Of a stretch of DNA of 32,000 nt, positions 1-8,946 are shown piece after piece. Under the pieces are notes generated by a model. It saw nothing but the letters and a program-made list of their open reading frames with translations. It was not told the DNA's origin and ran no database searches. Made by a program: the position numbers and the translations under genes. Position 1 is the stretch's first letter. Each line of letters begins with the position of its first letter. The DNA comes from Halalkalibacterium halodurans (GTDB lineage: Bacteria > Bacillota > Bacilli > Bacillales > Bacillaceae_D): positions 67,663 to 99,662 of the forward strand of contig NZ_SNUY01000007.1 of the NCBI RefSeq assembly GCF_004376175.1. Reading direction: 5' to 3'.

Positions 1-1531
1 AAAATGTCCAGCATCTCCATCGTCTGCATCGGTTATATCGCCTGCATTTGGACCTGTAACAATTCTCATTGAACCTGGAACATAGTCCGTTCCTTCAGGA
101 ATCGCGTCTTCAAAGACGACGTCCGCCGCGATGTCTCCACCTTCGTTTTTAATTGTTACTTCGTAGGTTAATTCATCACCAGCAGTTACTTCTCCCTCTG
201 GAGAAACGGATTTTTCAGCCACGACGCACGGTTCCGTTCCGAGGAAAATGTCGTCTAGGAAGTTTCCAGCACCTAATACTCCATTTGCAGTGCTAACCGC
301 TTCAAATCCAAATCTTGTTATGGTTTGGCCTGCTGGAACAGTATATGTCCCTGTATACGTTGCCCAAGCCGTATTCCCTGTCGACATTTGCGTTTGCACA
401 ATCGTTTCATAAGGATTGTCAGTCGCTGGACCAAAGCGAACTTGCATGGTGTCTACTCCTTGACGACCCATATGAGATAAGCGCCAGTAAATCGTTTGAC
501 CAGGGGTTGTCTCCACATCTTGATACAGCATGCCATGATCATAAGCATTTAATTCTGCATAACGGTTGCCATCAGGTGGCGCAGGAAAGTTCCTGACTCC
601 GGCCGGATAGTTTTGTTCATAATCCCAGATCTCAATAATTTTTTCACCTTGACTGTCATCGGTTGTCAACCACCCCGGGACTTCTTCCTCTAAAAACGCC
701 CATGAGCCGTTATAAGACCCTCTTTCAGGTCCTTGTTCAAAACTACCATTAATCAACGCGACAGGTCTTGCGCAAGCATCAATGACTGGTCTTTCAATAA
801 TGGTATTCGTCACTTCATTTGACTCAGTGGTTTGTTCTTCATCTGTTTGTAAGTTTCTATAGTGAACGTCGGCTTTATTAACAACGGTCTCACCCATATG
901 GCTCGTTAACGCGATGACTCTAAATTGGACGGTAATGCCATCAGGTAGTTCGGTCGTATTTTGTAAATTGCCCAGCTCGATAATGACTTTTTCGCCATCA
1001 AAATGACCTGCATCGTCATCGTCCTCATCGGTTAGATCACCGGCGTTAGGGCCTGTGACGATTTTCATCGATCCGGGAACATATTGTGTGCCTTCCGGAA
1101 TCGCGTCTTCAAAGACCGTATCTGCCGCAAGGTGCTCCCCAACATTTGTAATCGTGACGTTGTATGTGAGGACATCGCCATCAAATACTTCATGCTCTGG
1201 AGACACTGATTTCTCGGCTTGTATCACAGGGCCATCCCGCGGATACACCTCGACGGTCTCGCTAGGTTCCTCCGGTTCATCAAGATTATTGCCTACAACC
1301 GAAGCTGTATTGTCAATGTCTCTTCCTGCTTGTCCCGGCAAGATGATCACATCAAATTCAAGCGTATGCCAGTCTGTATCCGCTATATCGCCAAATTGTC
1401 CGATCACCTGACCATTTACATAGTGGCCTTGATCGGCATCTTCTTCATCGGTTACAGCTTGTCCGTCGACTTTTAATGTCCCTTGTACATATTCCAACCC
1501 TTCTGGAATCGTGTCAGAAATGACAAGGTTT
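1..1531 (-). pseudogene. Surface adhesin gene, distal segment (DUF11 unit, DUF11 unit, lectin/jelly-roll-like module, DUF11 unit). The 3' end continues past the left edge of the window.
   Basis: I translated the reverse complement of 1531->1 by hand (codons at 1-3, 4-6, ...). It is stop-free: NLVISDTIPEGLEYVQGTLKVDG ... AEKSVSPEHEVFDGDVLTYNVTITNVGEHLAADTVFEDAIPEGTQYVPGSMKIVTGPNAGD ... ALINGSFEQGPERGSYNGSWAFLEEEVPGW ... GNFLDDIFLGTEPCVVAEKSVSPEGEVTAGDELTYEVTIKNEGGDIAADVVFEDAIPEGTDYVPGSMRIVTGPNAGD. It is absent from the ORF track because it has no stop in the window. The pattern is typical of DUF11 'conserved repeat domain' surface proteins. Confidence 0.8.
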
Positions 1532-2705
1532 TGGAGTAAACTTGAATCGTATAACGTAACGTGTCCCCCACTTCTGGGTTTTCCTCGTCGGAGTTTCCTT
1601 CTCCTTTTTCAATCAAGTCCACTGACTTCTCAGCTTCTACCACAGGAGGCAGCGGATCGAATCTTGGATACACTCGTGAGGCTAAATCAAAAGATGGAAA
1701 AAATCTCCCATCGCCAGCTATCGTGGCTGACCCAAGAAAAGTTGTTTGCAACGTTTCTGGATCTAGTGAGAAATAGTCAGCTCTTTGGCTACCCTCGGCC
1801 CCAGGCCCACTAGACAATAAGATTTGACCATTCGGTAAAAAGCTAAGACCTCTCACCCCACCTTGCAAGGCTACACCGTCTCCACTCGTAATCGGGACCT
1901 GACGTAAAACCTCACCTGTTTGTGAATCCATCTGGATGATCGAACCAGCGGTATTATTCGAAAACCAAATATATCCGTCTTCGTCGATAATTAGGTCTCC
2001 ACCAACATCGTTGTTATCATAACCATTGATAGGAATAGCCTCTTTCTCTCCTGTTACTAAATGATAAGAGCCAAGAAGAAGTACCCCATTTTCTATATAG
2101 GTATGATAGTAGCGTGTCCCATCTTCAGAAATGACTGCATTAGCAGCCGTACCATCTAGACCTCCGACAAACTCGGCTGCTCCATCTGGCGTAATCCGAT
2201 ACAATCTATGAGGGGTTTCATCTCCAGGGACTCCACCGTACGCATAGAAGATATCTTCAGTCGGATGCACAGCCAAGCCATTATTCATGTTAACGCCACT
2301 AGGGAGCCCCGTAATAAACACGATCGCCTTCGGATCTGGATCAAAATTTTCCCCATCAAACTGACGAATTTGAGGTGTCGTTCTATCCGCATTATTTGAA
2401 ATGCCATACGAATCTACATCATTTATTTCTAAGACATTATTGGCTTCAACATTGTTAATGCCAACTACAGTCTCTTCCTCTTCAGAGGCTTCCTCTTGTT
2501 GTTCTAGTTCAAGCTTAGACTCTGACTCAGCCTCCTCTTCTTCTACTGGTTGTTCTTCGTCCCCCACAACCGTCACAGTGACGTTGTTTGACTCTACTAG
2601 AGAAGTTCCATCGCCAATCACTTCAGCAATGTTCTCAATCTGCTCACCAGCTTCGACATCGTCATTCAGTTGTACCGTCACTTGAACGGTCACTGTTTTT
2701 CCAAC
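1473..2705 (-). pseudogene. Surface adhesin gene, middle segment: end of the pilin-like domain, poly-Glu linker, beta-propeller-like region and start of the first DUF11 unit. It stops early after a frameshift at 1529-1532.
   Basis: ORF 1473..2693 begins TVQVTVQLNDDVEAGEQIENIAEV and includes an acidic run EEEEAESESKLELEQQEEASEEEE. It then has Gly/Asp-rich repeats such as DGTRYYH, DEDGYIWFS and LPNGQILLSS. The tail GDTLRYTIQVYSK switches to nonsense (TLSFLTRFQKGWNMYKGH*), while the DUF11 consensus continues in another frame. Confidence 0.8.
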
Positions 2706-2726
2706 TATATAAGTTGAATTTATCTT

Positions 2727-3268
2727 TTACAATTGCACACACAATCGGTCAATGACTTTTTCAGGTGTGTCGTTCAACTCACGAATAAAAGCTTGCACAT
2801 TCCTGCGAATCTCTTTGACAGATGAATAAAAAACGTTATAAATAACATCTGATTTGAGCCACTTCCACAGCCCTTCCACTAGATTTAATTCAGGACTGTA
2901 GGGAGGCAAAAACACCAACTCTAAACGATGTTGGTTTTCACTTAAGAAAGGTTGGATTAGCTTCGCATGATGAATACGGGCATTATCCAGAATCATGACG
3001 ATTTTGCCAATTGGATAGCGTTCAAGTACCTTTTGAAGAAAACGGAGAAACGCTTCTGCATCATACCGTTCTTCTTCTACACAAAACACATCACCTGTTT
3101 CGTAGTTAAGTGTACCGATGAGTTTGACACCTTGATGCTTTCCGTAAGTGGGAATGATTCGCTGCTTACCTTTTAAAAACCATGTATACTGAAGGGCTTG
3201 GTAATCACGAATCATGGATTCATCCTGAAATAGAAGATGATCAATATCCTCATTTAAAAGTTTTTTTT
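2727..3268 (-). CDS. IS630-family transposase, C-terminal DDE ORF. It is open in the -1 frame from the A8 run; the track lists it from an internal Met at 3215.
   Basis: Carries ILDNARIHHAK and PPYSPELNLVEGLWKWLK, the IS630/Tc1-mariner DDE signature. The frame stays open upstream to 3268 (LLNEDIDHLLFQDESM...). Confidence 0.9.
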
Positions 3269-3787
3269 ATAGGTAGGAAAGGTCTCTTCCATAAACTCTT
3301 TTTGTTTCACTCGGTCAGCTTTTGCTAGCGTATAAGTAGGTTTCGTATAACTAAGACCTAAATCGTGTAAAAGCCGTGAGACACCACGAAGAGTATACTT
3401 TTTGTTCCATTCTTTCTCTATAAACGAAGCAATGATCTTCAGAGTCCAATTATGCTTAGCTGGAAAACCAACATCAACTGGAAGTTTGGTTGCGATAACT
3501 TGAGCTAATTCATGCTCTTGTTCAGGTGTTAATTTACGGGGGGCTCCCGGTGATTGTCCTATCGTTAAACCATCTAACCCTTTTTCTTCATAGGCATTCA
3601 CATAATTATAGATGGTTTTTTCGGAACGTCCGATCATGGTAGTAATCTCTTTTTTAGAATAGGCTTGTAAATATAAATAGATGGCTTGATAACGTTCATA
3701 CATTCGTTTATCTTTAGTTGTTTTCATTAATGCAAGCAGGGTTTGAATTTCATGTTGACGTGAATCAGTCATTGGGTTTCTCTCCAT
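3254..3787 (-). CDS. IS630-family transposase, N-terminal (HTH) ORF
   Basis: 177-aa ORF with helix-turn-helix-like segments (ITTMIGRSEKTIYNYVNAYEEKG; TLRGVSRLLHDLGLSYTKP). It ends in the A8 run. Confidence 0.9.
   Translation of the reverse strand: MERNPMTDSRQHEIQTLLALMKTTKDKRMYERYQAIYLYLQAYSKKEITTMIGRSEKTIYNYVNAYEEKGLDGLTIGQSPGAPRKLTPEQEHELAQVIATKLPVDVGFPAKHNWTLKIIASFIEKEWNKKYTLRGVSRLLHDLGLSYTKPTYTLAKADRVKQKEFMEETFPTYKKNF
3261..3268 (-). promoter_or_regulatory. A8 slippery run (A AAA AAA) linking the two transposase ORFs by a -1 shift
   Basis: The minus strand reads ACC TAT AAA AAA AAC TTT TAA. The downstream ORF is open in the -1 frame starting inside the same A run. Confidence 0.6.
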
Positions 3788-3837
3788 TCATTGATAAGTG
3801 TTACGCTTATACTTCGACAGAGAGTGATTGTAACCCT

Positions 3838-4263
3838 TTAATTCAATTTATATAGATGCTTGAGTTGATCCCCTGAAAATTTGACTGACACCTTCTGCCC
3901 GTCAAGGTCAGATGGAATCGAAGAGTCGACTTCATCATCAACCACAACTATGACTTGTTGGATGGTTAAACGTGAATCTATCTCATCGATAACCGTTAGA
4001 TTCTCAAATTCTTCGAGATCATCGGGAACCTTGAGATTGATATCATAGCTGAATTCTTCTTCTTTCCCAACTTCTTTACTCGTTTGCCCCTCCACCTCTT
4101 TGGATAGGACCCATTCGTCTTCCGATTGGTTCCCCTCTGCGTAGAGAGGTGCAGGATACATTGGCAGTATGCCACTGCTAATGACTAAAAAGACCATGAA
4201 AAGCGTGAGATACTGTTTAAAAGTGTTGACTATGATCCTCTTTTTCAATGATTCTCCCTCCAT
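3838..4263 (-). pseudogene. Surface adhesin gene, 5' segment: signal peptide and start of a pilin/Cna-B-like domain. The last four codons and the stop (3838-3852) are IS-derived.
   Basis: The likely true start is TTG at 4248, five nt after GGAGGGAG. This gives MKKRIIVNTFKQYLTLFMVFLVISSGILPMYPAPLYA/EG, a classic Sec signal. The sequence ends ...KFSGDQLKHL followed by YKLN* read from the IS terminus. Confidence 0.8.
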
Positions 4264-4670
4264 TTTTTCAAAATGTATACAGAATTCTCTCTCGAACGAC
4301 TCCTTTCTACAACGTATTTATTGTCAATTACACAATTAGACAATATGTTACAAATTTTACTCTCTATATATAGATAAATCCTCCTAATTTTTATAATTAG
4401 GACTACAAAATGAACAGAAGGTTCTAAATTTACAGTTTTTTCAGATTTTGTACAGATTTTATTAAGGATAAAACGACTAGTTATTTTATATAAATATTGA
4501 TTTTTAATGATATTAAATAACTACAAATAATCAACGGTAAGTGAAATTAAATTTCATATCCAGTGATCCCACTTTCAACAAAAAGTGGCGCTCAACATTC
4601 CTTCTTTCTCACCAACGATCAATTCTTCTGTAGTAGATCTATTTCATTTGTTCTATTTTTTCGATACAAT

Positions 4671-4696
4671 AATACTCAAATGAATGTTTGAATATT
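4671..4696. promoter_or_regulatory. 10-6-10 inverted repeat (candidate repressor operator) upstream of the CzcO-like gene
   Basis: AATACTCAAA tgaatg TTTGAATATT, with arms matching 9/10. It lies directly after a TACAAT -10-like hexamer (4665-4670) and before the RBS AAGGAG (4703-4708). Confidence 0.4.
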
Positions 4697-4715
4697 ATTC
4701 GTAAGGAGATGTCGG

Positions 4716-5768
4716 ATGGAATCTATTAAAGTGGTGATTGTCGGCGGAGGCCAAGCCGGAATAGCAATGGGATATTATCTCGTAAAAGAAAAGGTACCGT
4801 TTATGATTCTAGATGCTAACGAGCAAGTGGGCGATTCGTGGAGAAACCGTTATGATTCCTTAGTTTTATTTACACCACGAACATATAGTCAGCTACCTGG
4901 CTTTCCAATGGACGGTGCCCCAAATGGATTTCCAACCAAAGACGAAATGGCATCCTATTTGCAACAATATGCAAACCATTTCAACCTTCCCATGCGACAT
5001 CACACAAAGGTTGATAGGGTCACTCGGCAACAAAATGGGCGGTTTCACCTAAAGACAACTAACGGATGGATAGAAGCAGAAAAAGTCGTCATCGCAACAG
5101 GGGCATTTCAAAAGCCATACCTCCCTCCAGTGCTGGATTCAGCAAACAACGAAATGAGTCAAGTTCATTCATCAGCGTATCGTAATCCTGCACAAATCCC
5201 CGGGAAATCCGTATTAGTTGTAGGAGGAGGAAACTCGGGAGCTCAAATAGCAGTAGAATTAGCAAAAGAGCGAAACGTAACGATGGCGATCAGTCATCCC
5301 TTCCGTTTTTTACCACTCAAGCTTTTAAACAAAAGCATGTTTAGTTGGCTGGAATGGGGTGGATTGTTGTACGCAGGGATTGATACCACAAGAGGACGAT
5401 GGTTTAAAAAACAGAAAGATCCGATCTTCGGAAAAGAACTGAAATCATTGATCAAAAAAGGCCAGATCCATCTAAAGCCTAGAGTCATGAACGTTCAAGG
5501 GAAAGAAGTTGAATTTGCAGACCATAGCCGGCTGTCATTTGATCGCATCATCTGGTCCACTGGATTCTCTCCCTCGTACGAATGGATTGACATCGACGGC
5601 GTCATTGCAACCAACGGCTGGCCGATACACAACCGAGGGATCACAAACATACGCGGGCTTTATTTTTTAGGGTTGCCGTGGCAATATCAGCGTGGCTCCG
5701 CCCTCGTTTGTGGAGTTGGTCGGGATGCGGAATACCTCGTCCCTTTTATTAAACACGGGGATAAATAA
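4716..5768 (+). CDS. FAD/NAD(P)-binding oxidoreductase, CzcO-like (flavin monooxygenase-like)
   Basis: Two Rossmann motifs: VVIVGGGQAGIAMG near the N-terminus and VLVVGGGNSGAQIA mid-protein. RBS AAGGAG lies 7 nt upstream of the ATG. Length is 350 aa. Confidence 0.85.
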   Translation: MESIKVVIVGGGQAGIAMGYYLVKEKVPFMILDANEQVGDSWRNRYDSLVLFTPRTYSQLPGFPMDGAPNGFPTKDEMASYLQQYANHFNLPMRHHTKVDRVTRQQNGRFHLKTTNGWIEAEKVVIATGAFQKPYLPPVLDSANNEMSQVHSSAYRNPAQIPGKSVLVVGGGNSGAQIAVELAKERNVTMAISHPFRFLPLKLLNKSMFSWLEWGGLLYAGIDTTRGRWFKKQKDPIFGKELKSLIKKGQIHLKPRVMNVQGKEVEFADHSRLSFDRIIWSTGFSPSYEWIDIDGVIATNGWPIHNRGITNIRGLYFLGLPWQYQRGSALVCGVGRDAEYLVPFIKHGDK

Positions 5769-6281
5769 AGAAGATCTATGGCTTTTAGTCACTGCCGTCG
5801 TAAGATAGAAACTTTGCCGGGGTTACTTCATGGATTCCGATCATCCCATCATACTGCTCTGATGGGATGAGTCGACGTTTATCTACACCCGACTCCCTTT
5901 CAGTTCATTCTGAGTGTAACCAACTGTCTTCGGCGGTTGTGGGTACGGGTAGAAAAAAACATGATCCTGATGATGGATGCGAAAACAATTCCCTTTCAAA
6001 ACTGTTTTTGCCGTGATTCCTTATCTTCATTCGCTTTCCTCTATTGTCTTGAATGAAGCCCTCCTTCATGTAAATTCCTATATGATAGCTTCGCCCCCCC
6101 TCTTTCCTTGCAATCAACTTTGTTTAATGGTAAAACAAAGTTAGTGCTTAAGGATACAGCTTTTCCGTGTATAATGTTCATCTATATTGGAAATATCTTA
6201 CCTTTTTGTTAGACAAACACGAAAAAATACCTATGACACCTCCTGTATGTTTGGTAGACTAATAAAGAACGAGCGAACAAC

Positions 6282-8099
6282 ATGTCTATACATCTTTTTG
6301 ATCGAGAGGTGTTTCATTTGCTAGGAAAACGAAAAAAGTGGAACACGTTGCGCAATCAAATTTTTATAAACTTTATTTCTGTGATGGTCGTCGTCCTTCT
6401 CTTCGTAGGCTTTATCACCTTCAATTTGGTCATGGATATTTTAAAAGGGAATGCGGAGAAACAAATGGAACAAACGGCCATCGAAACTCTCCATCGCGTC
6501 GATTCTCAATTTGAGGCCATTGAAATGATTATGAGTCAAATTGCGACGAACGGGTCTATCCAACAGCTTCTCTACAATGAAGCCAACGGCCACCCGACCA
6601 CATTTGAGCAACGTCAATCGATGAATCAAGTGATTAATAGTTACCAGGCATACATTACGGGCATCACGTCCTTTGAGCTTTACTTTACGGATTACCGCCG
6701 GTTGTTTCCGCTCAATGAACTGGCGTTGCCATCAAGGATTCGCTATGAATGGATTGAGATGGCCCTAGAGGAAAATGGGCGAGTGGTCTGGTCAGGGATC
6801 GACCCTCTTGATGCCGACTCCTTTCTCACACTCAAAAAAGTAAACTTACTAGATCAAGACTTTTCACACGGTGGCTATTTAGTCAGCAAAGTCAATACAA
6901 ACTACTTTGAACTTCGACAAGGAAATGGTCAACTTGACATGGACAACCAGTATGTTGCCCTCTTTGACCAACAAGGACAGTTCATTACGACAAATATGCC
7001 AGAAGAATGGCACGATCAGATTGCGCCAAAGACAGATAAGCAAGTCGTCACGATGGATGGAACCGACTATGTACGTGTAGAAGCAGCTTCGAATAAAACC
7101 GGATGGTCTCTACTCATATATACGCCTGTCCACTCGCTCGCTCAAGGGATTACTGGTATCGGCACCGCGATTCTTGTCGCTGGTGGGATTGGTTTGCTTA
7201 TTTTTACGATCTCAACCTATTTCCTCTCATCATTAATCACAAATCCGATCCAGCGCCTCACACACGCGATGCGATTCGGAACACTCGGGGCATTAAAAGA
7301 GAGCCCTTCGATCGCTTCGACTGTTGAGCTAAATGAACTAAACGATACGTATAACCGAATGGTCGAGACGACGAACTATTTAATCAAAGTCGTATACGAG
7401 CAAGAGCTAACACAAAGTCGCGCCGAACTGAAAGCGCTTCAATCCCAAATCAACCCCCACTTCCTATTTAACACACTTGAGGCGCTGTACTGGTCACTTG
7501 AAGAAAAAAATGAAGAGCAAGCCGAGGTCGTCATTGCCTTAGCCGAGCTATTTCGTTACACGATCTCTGACGTCAAGGGAGACGACTGGGTTGCATTACA
7601 CGAGGAATTTGATCATATCGAACGTTATTTACACATCATGAAGCTGCGCTATGATCACCGGTTAGCCTGGGAAATTGAGCTTGATCCTTCACTGCGTGAG
7701 GTGCAAATCCCGAAGCTCCTCGTTCAGCCTGTCGTTGAAAATGCGATCATCCACGGGATTGGCAACAAAGTGGACGGAGGAAAAGTACAAGTGAGTGCCT
7801 ACACTAGCGTAAAACAAGGCTATGTCAACATCACTGTCCGAGATGATGGACAAGGAATGGATGAAAAGACGAAGCAGAAGCTTGAGCACTCCTTGGAAAC
7901 ACGGGTCGGCCATCCGGAAAAGCGGAGCGGGATTGCCCTCGTCAACATTAGGCAGCGATTGGATTTGTGCTATGCATCCGATCCTCACACGAGCATTGAG
8001 TTGACGAGTCGTCATGGGGTAGGAACAACGGTCACTTTTACCATTCCGAAAAAGGAGGCGCCTTCGGATGAAGCAACAAACGGTCCTGATCGTAGATGA
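6282..8099 (+). CDS. Sensor histidine kinase, YesM-like (two TM segments, extracellular sensor, HAMP, His_kinase/HATPase)
   Basis: LKALQSQINPHFLFNTLEAL (PF06580-type H box), ENAIIHG, DDGQGM, GIALVN. The start may instead be TTG 6318, six nt after GAGAGGTG. Confidence 0.9.
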   Translation: MSIHLFDREVFHLLGKRKKWNTLRNQIFINFISVMVVVLLFVGFITFNLVMDILKGNAEKQMEQTAIETLHRVDSQFEAIEMIMSQIATNGSIQQLLYNEANGHPTTFEQRQSMNQVINSYQAYITGITSFELYFTDYRRLFPLNELALPSRIRYEWIEMALEENGRVVWSGIDPLDADSFLTLKKVNLLDQDFSHGGYLVSKVNTNYFELRQGNGQLDMDNQYVALFDQQGQFITTNMPEEWHDQIAPKTDKQVVTMDGTDYVRVEAASNKTGWSLLIYTPVHSLAQGITGIGTAILVAGGIGLLIFTISTYFLSSLITNPIQRLTHAMRFGTLGALKESPSIASTVELNELNDTYNRMVETTNYLIKVVYEQELTQSRAELKALQSQINPHFLFNTLEALYWSLEEKNEEQAEVVIALAELFRYTISDVKGDDWVALHEEFDHIERYLHIMKLRYDHRLAWEIELDPSLREVQIPKLLVQPVVENAIIHGIGNKVDGGKVQVSAYTSVKQGYVNITVRDDGQGMDEKTKQKLEHSLETRVGHPEKRSGIALVNIRQRLDLCYASDPHTSIELTSRHGVGTTVTFTIPKKEAPSDEATNGPDRR

Positions 8100-8841
8100 T
8101 GAACCTCGTTCGCGCAGGGGATTAAAACGGACGCTCGAAGCATGGTCTCCTAAGCTGTTAAACGTCCAAACCGCAGCAAGCGCGAAAGAGGCGATAACAC
8201 GATTAAATGAAGAAACGATTGACCTGTTAATTACCGATATTCGCATGCCAGAAATGTCTGGATTGCATTTAGTCAAAGCCCTTCAGGAGCAAAATCCGAA
8301 ACCGGTCTGCATCGTCATTTCCGCCTACTCAGAGTTCGAATATGCCCATACCGCCCTCGAATTAGGAGTGCGTCATTATTTGCTGAAACCTGTCAAAAAA
8401 GAAAAGCTGATCGAAGCAGTGGAAAGCGCCCTGCAAATGAAGAAAGAACAAGATCGCTTCGGTCAGGTGGAAAAAGTGTGGGACGAGAAAATCGATGCGA
8501 TTGAAAAGGAACGACTTAGCTCCTCGGACTCGATCCATGAAGCGCTGCACTACATCGATGCCCATCTCGATCAAAAAATTGGCCTGAAGGATGTAGCGAA
8601 GAGCGTTCATTTAAACCCGAGCTATTTGAGCGCTCTTTTTAAAGAAAAAACAAACATGACGTTCAGTGAGTATCTCACGCGAAAACGGCTGCAGCACGCC
8701 AAGCACCTCCTCGTCTCAACCGACCGGCCCATTAGTGACATTGCGGAGAAATGCGGCTACCAAACGGCCAAATATTTCATCAAAATTTTCAAGGAACACG
8801 AAGGAATGACGCCAACTCAATATCGAAAAGGGACCGAATAG
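8068..8841 (+). CDS. Response regulator with AraC-type HTH output, YesN-like
   Basis: The REC domain has VLIVDDEP...DLLITDIRMPEMSG...LLKP. The C-terminal AraC HTH has LSALFKEKTNMTFSEYLTRKRLQHAKHLL...IAEKCGYQTAKYFIKIFKEHEGMTPTQYR. RBS is AAGGAGG. The gene overlaps the kinase gene by 32 nt. Confidence 0.9.
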   Translation: MKQQTVLIVDDEPRSRRGLKRTLEAWSPKLLNVQTAASAKEAITRLNEETIDLLITDIRMPEMSGLHLVKALQEQNPKPVCIVISAYSEFEYAHTALELGVRHYLLKPVKKEKLIEAVESALQMKKEQDRFGQVEKVWDEKIDAIEKERLSSSDSIHEALHYIDAHLDQKIGLKDVAKSVHLNPSYLSALFKEKTNMTFSEYLTRKRLQHAKHLLVSTDRPISDIAEKCGYQTAKYFIKIFKEHEGMTPTQYRKGTE

Positions 8842-8946
8842 GAACACCTTAAAATAGTGGTATTTTGGACAATCATTGTGACCTTATCCCCTTCGTCCTC
8901 CGTTGCTATACTTAAGACAATGAATAAACAAAGGGGGAAACAAAAA

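Larger units (their letters stand above)
2708..3852 (-). mobile_element. IS630-family insertion sequence, apparently intact (1145 bp)
   Basis: Terminal inverted repeats: TATAAGTTGAATT (2708-2720) matches the reverse complement of 3840-3852 (TATAAATTGAATT) at 12/13. An inner conserved TTACAAT block lies at 2727-2733 and 3827-3833. The element is flanked by TA at 2706-2707 and 3853-3854. It encodes the HTH and DDE halves of a transposase. Confidence 0.9.

Noticed and set aside
4569-4588. Perfect 7-bp hairpin CCACTTT-N6-AAAGTGG, considered as a terminator
   Set aside because: No U-tract follows it on either strand, and no gene ends nearby. It may be a protein-binding site or a coincidence in AT-rich DNA.
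5905-6117. 70-aa minus-strand ORF, considered as a real gene
   Set aside because: It has no RBS, odd composition, and ends at a TGA with the frame continuing beyond. I treat it as gene debris (see findings), not as a functional CDS.
8857-8946. Upstream extension of the solute-binding protein ORF (track start 8857)
   Set aside because: The extension has no RBS and would put 30 non-signal residues ahead of the lipoprotein signal peptide. GTG 8947, preceded by AAAGGGGGA, gives a canonical signal sequence and lipobox.
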